A stretch of DNA of 64,000 nucleotides from Saccostrea echinata (GCF_033153115.1 NW_026889759.1:6386001-6450000), one strand, 5' to 3'. Shown: positions 1 through 12,372, counted from the stretch's first letter. A program made the numbers and translations. The notes: generated by a model from the letters alone, not told the origin.

Positions 1-50
1 GTGATCCTGAAACATAAATATATATATCACAATATTTAAATTTAATCCTA

Positions 51-254
51 TTAGTCTGCCTTTAATTCTTCTTCCATTGCAGAGTACTGGGCCCTGAGTT
101 CTGCCATCTTTAGTCCAATTGTTCTTGTTACTTCCTTTTTCTGATTTTCGTTTAATTCTTTCAGAAATTTTTCATACAGTTTAATCGTTTCAGCGACGGC
201 CTTTGACGCCTCTTGCATGTCTTCTGAGAAGTACACAGTGTTCATGCTTTCCTG
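51..254 (-). CDS. Exon 2 (terminal) of the uncharacterised helical protein gene
   Basis: Pyrimidine tract plus CAGCAG acceptor; QESMNTVYF...EELKAD then TAA at 53-51. Confidence 0.82.
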   Translation of the reverse strand, partial: QESMNTVYFSEDMQEASKAVAETIKLYEKFLKELNENQKKEVTRTIGLKMAELRAQYSAMEEELKAD

Positions 255-3200
255 CTGTAAAAGTAGAAAAATAATAAGAAATGTTTTAAGAACACATATG
301 CCCCTATATGGCATTATTGAAAAGAGTCATTTTAAATTTAGAATGTCCGAAATGATATTGGAAAATACGGATATCATCTTACTAACCTACTTGTTATGGG
401 CAACATAATTTATAAGGCCAAAGTTTTTATTTTTTTTTGGTTTACGATTTTCTGTCTCAAAAAAATGCATTGGGTGGTCGAAAAATAAAAATAAAAATAA
501 TTTAGGATTCAACAGTTTCATTTTAAAATACCAGCAATGTTTATTTTAATAAAAACTAGAAAACTGACCAGTCAGCAAGGGCCCCGCCAAGGGGTAGAAA
601 TATAAGGGTGCAGCTTGGAGAATGATAATTTTAACTGATTACAAATATTTAAAAATACATAAAGAAGAATATGCAATAACAACTGTATTTATAAAATTTC
701 AAGATAATTCCTAAATATCCAACAACCTGTAAAGAATATCCCTGTATTTACATAAGGCAGTAAAAAACATCATATCTATAATAACTCAATTAAATATATA
801 TTTAAACAAGAATAAAGCATGTGTTTTATAAAATGCCAGCCTTCAGTGAATGCAAATATCACCCAGGCTTGACCTTAACTTCAAAACAAACATCAGTTGC
901 AGACAAAGGTTAATTTATCTTAAAGTGACAAATAAAGATAAGCCTGGAAAATTTCTGCCCCAGACAAGAAAATTAATCCCTGGGGATTAACTGTACTGCT
1001 CTCTCATCCTTTTCTTCCAAGTTTACAATAAGAACTTTTTCAGTAATGATAGAATGAGTTTATTATCAGACTACCTGTTAATAGTATTCTTGAATTTACA
1101 TATGGCAGCAAAAAAAAAAAAAAAATAAATAAATAAAAAGAGAAAAAAAAACATATCTTGATGTATATCTTGTTTTTAGAATTCAATAAAATCATAACTC
1201 ATCATGTATTTTACCAAAATAAAGTATGAACATTATATAAATCCACATTTCAGAGAATGTAAACATCACTCAAAATTGACCTCAACTTCAAAACAAACTT
1301 CATTTGCAGACAGAGGTGTTAATTGATCTCAATTTGACAGAAACAGACAATGCTTTGGATTTTCTTCAAGAGGAAAGTTAATTAATCCCATGGGACTAGT
1401 TGCAGCTTTCATAGTTTACAATAGGAACATTCTCAGCAGTTATCTCTCTTTGTCCTGGCATTCATTCTAATGTAAATTTAAGGTATCAACCCCACCACCC
1501 CAGCTCCAAACTGGATGACACAGAGAACCAAACTTAGCATCAAAATATGTCTTACTGCCTCTTCAACCAACATACCAAATTTGAACTTAATTGGTCAACT
1601 ACCAAAAAAGTTACTAGAAAAAAAAAACAGAAAATTTGTGGATGGAAGAATGACAGACGGACAGACAGACAGACGGACAGACAGACAGACAGAGTGATTA
1701 CTATAGGGCACCCGCAAATCCTTGCGGGGCCCTAATAATACACGTCAATAGTACTTTTAAGTTTTATTGTCTAGATCACATAACTCTTTTTATTTAATTT
1801 TGATTCATTTCTAACTTTAGACTGAATGTCATTTTCATTTACATATAGTTCTGATTTTTGTTTGTCAATCAGTGCATGGTTCATGATGTTCAACTTCTTT
1901 TTGTGCTCTTCAGTGATAAGTGATGTGTTATAAACCTCGGTATGCCCACAAACTAAAAATAAGGATCCAAATTTAAATCAATTTAGATTGAAGAAAAATA
2001 CAATTTAATTGTTTAACAATATCAAAAGTAATTGACATTGAAATAAAGGTTATAATAATTTGATCATGCAGCTATCAAATTTAATGTTCAACCTGTGGCA
2101 CAAAAGCCTAATAATTTCTCAATCAAGTCCTTCTTTAAATTTTTGTTAGGCCAGGTAAAATTAATCTTTAGATTCTCATCCCCGCCCGCCCCTCTCAAAG
2201 TGCCCCGCCCCGTTGTTTTTTATTTTGTTTTTTGGATGCCAAGCGTATTATTTTCATGTATTTTTATGCAGCAAGAATCTGGGTCAAAATTTAAGAGTTA
2301 TCTCCCGTCTGTATTAAAAGTCGCGTGGCGCTATTTATAGCCAAAAAAAACTATGTGAAGAATGGAGAAATATCGGCAATAAAAGCAGTTTAAATACGTA
2401 AGGAAAAGATAATTTGTCAGTAAAGAGAAGGCAGAAAAGCAAAAATAACATATAAACACATCTAGATACCATCACTGGCATGGGCAAGTTTTTAAAGAGA
2501 TTTTAACCAAGTAAAAACAGACGAAGAAAATACACATGGTCAAGTTTTAAATAACGATCTCCAGTTGTATGTGATTTTGCATTAAAAAAAATAATAAAAC
2601 ATCGTCCAAAGACTTTAGAGAATAATAGTGCTAAGGAAATGTTAAATCTTAAAACTGTTAAGGCCTAGGCTTTTCAGTAGAATATTTTACAGATTTACAC
2701 AATCCTGTTTTTGTAAATATGATATATTTTAATGTCGAACATGTCAAGTCTCAAGAACGATTGAATGTATGAGGACAGTAGAAGTCTGTGATATCTGTAT
2801 ATCACACAGAATAGAAGGAGTTGTTGGTAAAACTATAAGGTATTTGGGGAAAGGTCGCTGAGAAAACATGCATATGCAATTTATTAGGATCAGCACCTCA
2901 TTTTGTTTGGCGTGTGCCGTATCTGTGTACTTGATTATTTGTTAATAAAACTATAAATATTTTAATTTTCTATAACAAGAATCTTCTGTAGATATTTAAA
3001 AGAATATGAAAACGATAAAATTTATTCATATTGGCATTAACATAATGTAAAAATTATGTGTACGAATGTTTTGTTGATACATTCATTTATAAAAAATAAA
3101 AAATAAAACCCGCCCACCCGCCCCATTTTTTTAGCAAATTAGGATGAGAATCTAAATTTTAAATTTATATGGCCTTATGTACCTGCACAGTAGGCAATGC

Positions 3201-6200
3201 TCATTATTTTCTTAGTAATTCAAAGGGCTTTGATCTCAATTGAGTATGAAATTTGCAAAGATTTGTATATTGAATTTACTTCTATAAATTAACAAATGTT
3301 TTATACACATTTGAACTTATCCAGTGAAATACCAGTCAGCGTTACTTCAACTAAGATGTATCTCTCAGCACTAAACTGGTCTAACTATTATCCATGGATT
3401 TATCAGCCTATTTTGGGAAACACCATTTTTGGGGAATTGGGAATAAATTATCGGCTATTTGATGAAATTGGAAAAAAATTTTAAAATGTTACTTAAATCC
3501 TGTATTCAGGGGTAATTCTTTTAACATTTCAGCATGAACTCTAATTTGGGCAACCAAACGACAATTAAATATGATCCATCTTCATCATACAAGATCAATT
3601 ATGAATAATAGACTAATGAAAGTAAATTGGACTTCAATGAGTGTAAAGCAGTTATACAACGTAGGGTTATACATGTGTGTATGAGATTTCAATTTAGATC
3701 ATATAGTATCTGTTTCAAGAGATTATAAACCTCCTGCACAAATACTAAGTACACATTTTCTAAAAGTCCTCTTTTAATATGTATTAATGCATTGAAAATA
3801 TATTTTTCTATTTGAAATAATGCCCAAAGTCCTTACCATTCAGTCAAAGATCAATTGAATAGGTGGAAATAACTTAATAAATCTATATAATTACACAATA
3901 TCATCATTTTTAGAAAAACGGAGGAAATTCGGATTAAAAGTTGGCGATGTTTTTACAGTGTTTTTAAACATGTGTTATGACTGTAGCTTTGCTAAATGAG
4001 TTAAATAGATGAAAATTACAGACAGTCTGACAATTTCACTTTGTGTTTTTTCAAGATAATTAAAAATAAAAGCATTGTTCACCAATAGATAGTTTTCATA
4101 TGGCGAATTTTCCCTCTGAGTTATTCCCCTTGGCCGCCATTTTGGTGGTCAACCTGGTAATTTTTCCTCTTTGTCTTTCCAAATCAAAGAGAGTGTAGCA
4201 GAAATATTTGGGGGGAAATCTTTATAGAATAAAAATTATGAAATAAAGGAGGCTTTAACAAATGTATATATTTCAGAAAAACAATGCTTCCTACCCCACA
4301 ATGGCCAGTATAAAAAGTTAAAGTTGGTTGAATAATGAAGGAATATGAGCATGTTGACCCCCAATATGGCGGGCAACGGGAAATAACTCTTGCTAATTTG
4401 GGCCTACTGAAAACTATCTATTGGCAAAAAATACTGCCAAATTGGGAAAAACTGAACTCATTTTCAATTGGGCAATTGTACATGAGAAGGCACTGATAAA
4501 TCCCTATTATCTATAGGTGTAACCGTGTCTGCTAGTGCTAGGTCGATCAGGGTTGGGCATACACTCTCCAATATTACGGTATGAATTTAGCCAATTGAGA
4601 CATTGCAATTGGAGAAAGGGATCATGCATCCAAGATTTTATTCACTTTTCCATGCAGAAAAAGTTCTTTAAGTGTATGTCATTGCTTTCAGCGAAGAATT
4701 ACCTTGTTACACAGCTGTTACATGACAGAACCGCCATTTTTGGTCTGCACATGTGTTTATTTACGGTCACCTAAATGTTTATAAAGGTCTCATATATTTA
4801 TAAGCGCTTATTCGACTAAGATGCATTCTAAAATTTAAAACCCACCAGTTCAGCTGAGAAAAATCCGGAAAAATATGTCGGAAAAAGACATTATTTTTAT
4901 TTTCATGATTGGTGAAAATTAGGGTCGGCGGAATCGTACACCAAACGAAAAAAAACTTTGGCCTAAGTTTGATCTCTATCAGACCTTGCTAACATTAGGG
5001 ATGATTTACTTTGTAGAGGGTACCAGTGTGTTAAGTTTGATGCCTGTCAGGTAAAGTTTTTCAAGAGCAGTCAATATCTTTCTCTGTCTATTTTAACTTT
5101 GACCCTTGACCTTGTGACCTTATAATCAGTAGGGTTATCTACTTCTTAGAGGGAACCAGTTTACCAAGTTTGATGTCTGCCAAGCAAAGAAATCTGAAGA
5201 TATTGCGTGGCCAATATTTTAATATACCAGTATCTAGTTTGACCCTTCACCTTTGATTTGTGACCTCATAATCAATAGGGTCATGCCATCTACTTCTTAA
5301 AAGGAACCAATGTCAGTCAAACAGAGGGTTCTGAAGATATTGAGCTGATAATATCTTTTTATGTCTTGAATAGTTTGACCTTTGACCTTGTGACTTCAAA
5401 ATCTATAGGAGTCATCTACTCCTTGGGGGTGGGGAGAGTGAACAATAATGTGAAATTTGAAAATACATGTATAAGAAATCACAAGATTTTGAACATTTGC
5501 AAATCTCCATTATTTATGTCTCTGGTCTTCTCAAACAGTTCACTGCTGTGATGTCATGTCATATCACTGTGTTGCATTTTGATCCAAAAAATGAAACAAA
5601 TCAAATGTTTAAATTAAATACAATGTTTTTAATATAAACAAATTTTTATAAACATTTTTTTCACACTGAATTATGCATTGTTTTCAGAACAAAACAAAGT
5701 TGAAACTATATCACAGGATCAAAGTTTTTTACATGCTAAAAGTAGCTATTTCTACCTACTTTTTCCTGTCTTTTAAAATAAAAAGACATTCAAAATAAAT
5801 AGTAATTAAGGTGCATCTGTAAAACTGGTCAGACTTGTTGTTTATCATGTTGTTACTAGCAATTGCAAATCTGGGTAAACATTACAAGGGTGGAGACTGA
5901 AGAGAAAATACATGAAGAGTCGTCCCCCCAAAAAAATGACATTGCGCACAACACATCGCTGATGCCAAACTGGATGTGCTGGGCAGTTTAGCAGGGTTCT
6001 CACTAGGATTTTGCTAACTTGAGTCCCAGGACTCAAGATTTCTGAGAAGGTTGCGTCCCAGCTAAATTTGATGCGTCCCAGAATAATTATGTTGAGTCCC
6101 AACTAAATTATTGCAGTATCCCTCCATCCAAACATCAATATAAATCTTTATCATTTTATCAGTTTGTTTACGCAATATTAACATATTCAAGTATATAAAC

Positions 6201-7385
6201 TGGTAATGCATTCAAGCCATATTCTAAAATACACGCGTAATCAATTGCCATAAAAATTAACTTGGTGTTTATAAAGCTAAAATTAACTGTTGCATAATCA
6301 ACTAGTACCCGAAAGTTGACTGTATACAATCACAGGTGTCATGTGCAATGAGGCGTAACTAATCCTGTCGGTCGTCTGCACTGGGTGAAATTCACGAGAT
6401 AATCAAGCCGCATTGTGTATACAAGCAGTAATTATGGTTTCTACATGTAGATAACACTCAAGATTCAAAAGTGTGTGTGGTTTTTTTTTAAAAAAAAAGC
6501 TGCAGTGTGTTTACAGCTGTCGGAGTTTGGCATGCGACATTATTATGACTATGGACTAATAAACATGAAGTATCTTAATTATGATCAATCCCTGTTTTAA
6601 AAAAAAAGAGAAATAAGTACAAGAAAAGTTATTTCTTGGATGAACTTTATGATAGTTACAGGAAGGTTTCGATTATATTTCTTTGACAAATCCCAACATC
6701 TAAATTCCCCGTTTTTGAAATTACCTGAATTTTCTCGCTAAAGAGGACGCATCCGATCATGAGTCTGCGGACGCATTGTTTTTAAGAACCTTGCGTCCCA
6801 AGTAATTTTGCTGCGTCTAGGATGCAGATTCTTGCGTTAATGAGAACCCTGGTTTAGAGTTGTAATTTTTATTCTCGAGTGATTAAGTGTGTAATTTAAA
6901 GGTAAATGCCAGAGTTTGCAAGGAAGTGAAGTAAGAAGGTAGATATGAGGTCCAAGAAGGGGGTTTTCCGCTAACCATTGCATGCGTTTTTTTTGGCGAG
7001 CTAGGGATGATGAGTAAAGGGATTGAATTGGTGACCACATTTTTTATGAATACCTTGTGTTATTGTATAGTAGTAAACTGGCATACTGTATAAAACATAT
7101 ATTTTTTAAATATTTACAAACGACTGGTACTTATCTATTCTTAAGATAATTAAAACTTACTGCATCCTGCATGAGTTCTCTGGCCTCCATGAAACAATCA
7201 GTCAGCTCTTCTGTGCGCTTTTTCACATCATGATCACTTAGATTGGAGTAACAGATTATTGGGACGCGATTATAGCATTGTAACCCATATCTCAATCTAT
7301 CTCTTGCATGTAAATTCAAAGTATTGTACGTTTTAAATCTGAAAGAAAGATGCGAGAATTGAAGTAACCTGCAAACTATTTTCAT
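51..7385 (-). CDS. Two-exon gene (7385-7161, 254-51), ~142-aa uncharacterised helical protein, probably mitochondrial
   Basis: ORFs 7131-7469 and 51-314 join in phase 0 (donor GCA|GTAAGT, acceptor TTTTACAG|CAG) giving FMEARELMQDA-QESMNTVYFSEDMQEASKAV...RTIGLKMAELRAQY. The N-terminus from Met 7385 is Arg/Leu/Ser-rich and nearly acid-free, like a mitochondrial presequence. An in-frame upstream ATG lies at 7469. From memory it resembles the plant 'embryogenesis-like protein' family (not searched). Confidence 0.8.
575..1737. mobile_element. pearl/CvA-like Helentron-associated element (HINE)
   Basis: 5' CAAGGGCCCCGC matches inverted GCGGGGCCCT near 1724-1733; internal ~400-bp degenerate repeats (~870-1050 vs ~1277-1440); (GACA/GACG)n at 1652-1692; terminal stem-loop CCCGCAA/TTGCGGG. 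Confidence 0.7.
2149..3174. mobile_element. Non-autonomous TIR transposon, GGCC termini, TTA TSD (Zator/Harbinger-like)
   Basis: ~33-bp imperfect TIRs GGCCA...TTTAGATTCTCATCC; TTA at 2146-2148 and 3175-3177; subterminal CCCGCCC motifs at both ends. Confidence 0.8.
3393..4506. mobile_element. hAT-like non-autonomous element
   Basis: TIRs CATGGATTTATCAG / CTGATAAATCCCTA; subterminal AATTGGG repeats; flanking direct repeat (CTA)TTATC. Confidence 0.6.
4082..4424. mobile_element. MITE with ~70-bp imperfect TIRs
   Basis: CCAATAGATAGTTTTCA / TGAAAACTATCTATTGG is perfect over 17 bp and continues imperfectly to GGTCAAC/GTTGACC; no TSD seen. Confidence 0.75.
4967..5460. repeat. Degenerate Helentron-core/satellite-like tandem repeats (~3-4 units)
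   Basis: Recurrent TTTGACC(C/T)TTGACCTTGTGAC...AATC..TAGG..CATCTACT at ~5097, ~5238, ~5374. Confidence 0.7.
5992..6851. mobile_element. hAT-like non-autonomous element with 6-bp TSD
   Basis: TIRs CAGGGTTCTCA(C/T)TA; subterminal G(A/C)GTCCCA repeats at both ends; GTTTAG at 5986-5991 and 6852-6857. Confidence 0.8.
7161..7385 (-). CDS. Exon 1 of the uncharacterised helical protein gene
   Basis: MKIVCRLL...ARELMQDA, 75 codons, followed by GTAAGT donor (plus strand ACTTAC 7155-7160). Confidence 0.8.
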
Positions 7386-7389
7386 GTTG

Positions 7390-7940
7390 TAGGTTAAATT
7401 TATCACCGGAAGCAGATGATGAACACTAAAAAATAAAACAGAACAAGGCGGAGGTTCCATTAGAGACATGATCTAAGATCTAATAAGGATTCTAAATTTA
7501 AAAGCCGTTTTCGAAAAGTTTTGCATTTGATATGGATGTGAACTAAATTTACAATAATTTTTAAGGAATGTACAGTTTGAAAATGAAAAAGAAATGTAAC
7601 ACGAATACGACATTGTTTTACTTAGCTTAAATTTTTCGGAACTCCTCTAGGGTTTTATGGAGGAAGTTACGTAAACACTCAAACGCAATGTTTCGATAAG
7701 TACGATAAGAACATTAAGATGCAAAAGTACACAAAAGTTTCCTGGTTTATTTTTAAGAAAGGTCAGTAGCTAGGAAGTAAATTTAAATGAAGGAAGAAAA
7801 ATTTGTTAATAGAAGCAAATTATGTAAATGTAAGTTGCATTATAACCGTGTTTATAAACGAAAGATCAACAACTGAACAGGTAAACGATTTGGTACAAAT
7901 CAGTGACTTGTTGAGGTACAGTACCTGGTCATAAGTGAGT
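7390..7940. promoter_or_regulatory. Candidate bidirectional promoter and non-coding first exon of the plus-strand gene
   Basis: Local CpG retention, ETS-like CCGGAAG (~7406) and GGAAGT motifs, plus-strand donors CAG|GTAAAC (7881) and AA|GTGAGT (7935); lies between divergent genes. Confidence 0.4.
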
Positions 7941-10900
7941 TATACTTCTATTTTTTCCTCCATATATTTCATTGAAAACTGCACTTTTCTAAAATATTAT
8001 TGGAGTGTTATTTGTTGCTCATTTTTTTTTTATGACTAAAACACTATTCTTTACAATTTCCTCACATAGTTTCAAAATAATTTTATCTATAGGCTAGGCA
8101 TTACAGGGATAGCACATGTCAAATGCTAAAATAACAATTTTACTTTTCTAATTTGTTAAGAAATGATATGAATTTGGAGGTTAGAAATTTTTGTCTTGAT
8201 GATTGATTCAATGAAATCATGGAAATTGAGCTAAAATTGACCCTACAATAAGTTTTTTTTAATAATTTTTTTTTTACTGAAATATATACCGGGTAGTGTG
8301 AAAATGCAATTATGACTCATAATAAATTGTTTTATTATAAATCTTTTACATGGTGGAATTTCAGACTTAACAAGGGATATTGGATATGGTGATGATCCTT
8401 ATTAAAGAAATTTCTCAGTTTTGAGATTTTGTACATTCATTTTTTATTTTGAATTTTTGTAATTGGTGAATTTAGAACTTATTTTGAAAAACAATTTTAT
8501 CTTAAATTCTAATAAAAATGAAGTTAATTCATTTATGTCCCTCAATAATTGTAATCATTGAAACAATTTAAGACAGATGGAATGAGGTTGCATTTTTTGA
8601 AATGTGCTATTCAGATCAAATTAAAAATATAAGAAAAATAAGATCTTTTTTGTGTCCTTAAAATTCCCAATTTCACAGTAAGTTCCTTCACAAATATCAT
8701 GATAACTGTAATTGTTTTTATCATTAAAATGGCATTTAGATGTCTTAAATGGCATGATAATTATGTATAAACAAATTACTACATCCCTGTATCATGTAAA
8801 AACATCAATGATAATTGACCAAAAGTGATGCATCATTCATTTTTATAATAAACTCAAAGATACGAACTTGTGTAGATTCATGTTCTGATTTTGATGTAAA
8901 AATGGTTTTAAGGGATTAATTATTATGTTTTCCCTATTTAAGTAGAGATCAAGGTGAACTATCAATGAAACAATAGTTTATTCTACACTTTTCGAAAGTT
9001 ATGTTCCTTGGCCACCATCTTTGGGAAAAAACCCCATAGAATCCTCACAGTAGCCTTTGTAGTTTGCTGTTTTGTAACTTTGTCATTTGACTGGAAAAAA
9101 TCTATGCATCATGCATTTTGATTGCCCCAGGATGGGGTTATCCATACATTGAAAGAAAAAAATTAAACACAGTGGATTCATCAGAGCATGCCCAAATGTT
9201 TGGCAGCATAAAGAGAAGAAATGTTGTTAATTCTCTCCCTTTTGACCTTTTGGCTGACCCTGCAAAGGGACACAACTTTTGCAAAGTGTGGATTGGACTA
9301 TTATTCAGCAGCACTAGTCAGTATTTGATGTTGTCGACAGTCTTCTTAACAATGTGAGATCCAACCAATGTTACCCACATTATTGTTGATAAGTTGTTTA
9401 TGGATTGATTGACTTTATTTTGTTAATGTTTTAAGTAATAAATTAATGATCAAATCAGATCATCATTTCACCTGGAAAGAGCTCCAGAATTTAACAAGCC
9501 TGACTGACTTGTAGTTTTGATTATTTCATCAGGAAGCCTGAGACTGATTTTAATAGCTTCGGACCACCGGTTAATTTCGAAGACTGAAAATGAAATTACG
9601 ACTCCTTTATCATTTGATATCAGGGAACATATGTCTCAGTTGATATGGTTATTCGATTTGTTAAAACTTATTGTTTTTATTTTCATTTCATTTGCATGCA
9701 TCTAGATAACATTTACATTAGAGACCTCTATGCTCTTAAACCAGTGAAAGGCTTACTGCAAAGTATGCATTTTGTTGGATAAAGGTTAGGATGCACTTTG
9801 ACTTTCATCCAGGAACTTTAAATCTAAAAATGTATCAAACTAAATGTGACTGTCTATATTTTCATTTTCTAAAAAGGAAATGTAGGGTACAAAATGAAAT
9901 TCATATAAATTTACAACTCTGTATGGGGCAAAATTTGAGACATAAAATCTAATCAGGATCTTAGAGTTATATCTCTCTTGGAAGAGTGTTGTCTCCCTTT
10001 ATGCATTGGAAGACTTGCTCAGTGGATGGTATGACCCGCTGCTGCAGTGCTATCAGTCAATGATACCCAACTACACTGGTATTTGACTATTTGTATTAAT
10101 TTAATCAGACCTGTTTTGTGTTCAACATGTTATTGATATTTGGTAACATATGATTGGAAAGCGGAAACAGGTATTTACAGTAAATATTAAATAATATGAT
10201 CAGTGAAAGAGCATGCAGGTTACAACATCAACTTATAAAACAGGATTTACCACAACAAATGTTTCCTATGCTACAATGCATAGTAGCAAGATGATCCATT
10301 TCAAACCTGTTAGTACAAAGAGTAGCAGTTTAGGGATATGCAATAAACTAATTAATAAAGTAATACTAAATAATAAAGAAACAAATGATTCATATACCTG
10401 GTTCAAGATCAAAGGCAAGTGGTGCAAAGTGCTGCTTGCAAATAGAGCTCTATAGAGTTAGACTAATGTGTAAGAACAGAGAAAATTCAAACTGAAACCT
10501 GCACATTTGACAAGCAAATTTTTGTGTGAAACTTTCTAAGAATTCTTTCGTTACCACAATTCCGTGCCGTGATAGCAAATAACATGGCAGTATGCAGTTA
10601 TCATAATTCTTAAAAAGACCTTAAAGGAAACCAAAAATAATATTGCATTTACTCTACCTTGCATTAAAAAGCACTAATTAATTACCGGTAGACTCCCTTA
10701 TGGAAATGCATCTTCGGTAATCCACGGGTAATTCACATCGATTCTCTCTTGTGGACTCGAAACCGTGGTTTGCGACGATGATGGAAGTCCAACTAGCATA
10801 CTATGTCAAAGTTTAGATCTTTCAAATGTCTTATGTGGTTTGAAGAGGAGGATCAAAGTTTAATGTAATCTAGTTCATTAAGTTTGACATATAATCTAGG

Positions 10901-11126
10901 CCCTCCCTATGTAAAGGTTTTTGATGGTATCTAGTAAAAAATACAACCACTAAGCTCACTCCCTTCAGTAATGTCGTAAAAATTATATAGGAGGTGCCCT
11001 CTGGAAAGGGAGTATGTTCATCCTCCTTATCTTAGTCTTCTAAATGTTTGCCACTTCCTCTTTATAAAATATAAAAACTTGGATGTCCACTAACTGATTG
11101 AACAGTCTTGATTGAACGGATACATG

Positions 11127-11367
11127 TGTGGCAGTCAGACCAGTTAGATCACTAGTGGCCAGATAGCTCAGTAGAGCACAATGTGGCGGTCAGAGGGTTC
11201 GATCACCAGTGGCCAGATAGCTCGGTAGAGGACAATGTGGCGGTCAGAGGGGTTCATTCACCAGTGGCCAGATATAGCTCAGTTGGTAGAGCACCTGACT
11301 GGCGATTCAGGGGGCCCGGGTTCGAATCCCAGTCTGGTCCATTGTATATCTCTCCTGTCCTGTTACA
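11127..11367. mobile_element. tRNA-containing mini-LTR/TRIM-like element (Helenus-like solo LTR with triplicated end segment)
   Basis: TG...CA termini (TGTGGC...GTTACA); CATG 4-bp TSD (11123-11126, 11368-11371); three ~54-bp units starting 11127, 11182, 11236, the last running into a tRNA-like cloverleaf. Confidence 0.7.
11266..11340 (+). pseudogene. tRNA-like sequence inside the repeat element; probably not a functional tRNA
   Basis: Acceptor stem GGCCAGA/TCTGGTC, A box TAGCTCAGTTGG, B box GGTTCGAATCC, stem CCTGA/TCAGG, but an 8-nt anticodon loop (CTGGCGAT) and two extra bases before the D arm. Confidence 0.65.
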
Positions 11368-12167
11368 CATGTATATGGGAATTAAATATTAACAGTTTTT
11401 ACTTTTTATGGAAAATGAGCTAAGTCATTACACCGTGTTCACACAATTATTTTGATTTGAACTGTAATTCTCTAATGTAGCAAATTAGCTGAAGCAGAGT
11501 CAGCTATAATACTAAAGTTTTAGTAAAACCTTTTACCTTAAATTTCTAACATTCTTTAAGTTAAAAACATCTCTTTGTCACTATGTGGAAGATGTTTGGG
11601 AAATCATCAAAATGACGTCAGATTTAAAATTCATGTCTGATAGAAAGCAAATGAATTCGATTATCAGCTCTTAATTTGAAAATTTGTATGCTTCAGTCGT
11701 AGTACCTGACATATGTGAGCTGTCGTCCATGAAAAATCCGATTTAATAGCTTTTTGATTTAATGGTATATTGTACAATTAAAAAAATATTTAACTGAAGT
11801 GTAACGTGTTTCTGTAGTGGATGTTTATGATGTTTGTTGAAGTGAAGATATAACCCCTTAAGGTGTTTCTGGTCTGCATGCACTTATTGGCTAACAACTA
11901 ACTTATAGAACAATTAACATATGAATTCAACAAAAAATCCCTAGGAAACAGTTACTAGAATTTTGTGTTATAAAGAGCTTGTCCAGAAATGATCTTATTA
12001 ATTCTTAATTTATTGTTCTTGTGCCAAATTAAATATTTTGACTTGTTTCCAGACTGGGCTTTATGCATGTTATGCAACACACTGGACAGATTCAAGCCTG
12101 ATAAATTTTTCTTAAAGTCTCTTAAGGAATCATAGTCATTAACAAAACCAGTGTATATTGATTTTAG

Positions 12168-12372
12168 GTTCTATGTAGCTTACTCCCATTTAATAAAACC
12201 CCTATTTCTCATGGATAACTGGTTATGACTTCTATAGCATTGATGCAAAGGGGAAAATTGAATATTTTGCTGGATGATTGACAGGCCAGAGACTGCATGG
12301 GCGGTCTGTTTCAATCCTGTGTAGTGCTTGCATTTCACTGTATCAGTTTATAGGCTGAACTAGCTGGTACAG
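12168..12372 (+). other. Candidate non-coding (5' UTR) exon of FOXRED2
   Basis: TTTTAG|G acceptor and consensus CAG|GTAAGT donor; stops in all three frames. Confidence 0.4.

Larger units (their letters stand above)
416..4963. mobile_element. Non-autonomous TIR DNA transposon (Zator- or PIF/Harbinger-like) enclosing nested insertions
   Basis: Imperfect ~32-bp TIRs GGCCAAAGTTTTT...TTTGGT(T/G)TACGATT; TAA on both flanks (413-415, 4964-4966). Confidence 0.65.

Noticed and set aside
1515-1735. ORFs with TDRQ repeats (also 17605-18044)
   Set aside because: Translations of the (GACA)n microsatellite and core repeats of HINE elements.
9118-9357. 79-aa ORF as a separate protein-coding gene
   Set aside because: TTG start, no recognisable motif and no in-phase partner exons found; kept only as a possible non-coding exon.
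11266-11340. Functional tRNA gene
   Set aside because: 8-nt anticodon loop, extra bases before the D arm, no oligo-T terminator directly downstream, and embedded in a TSD-flanked repeat.
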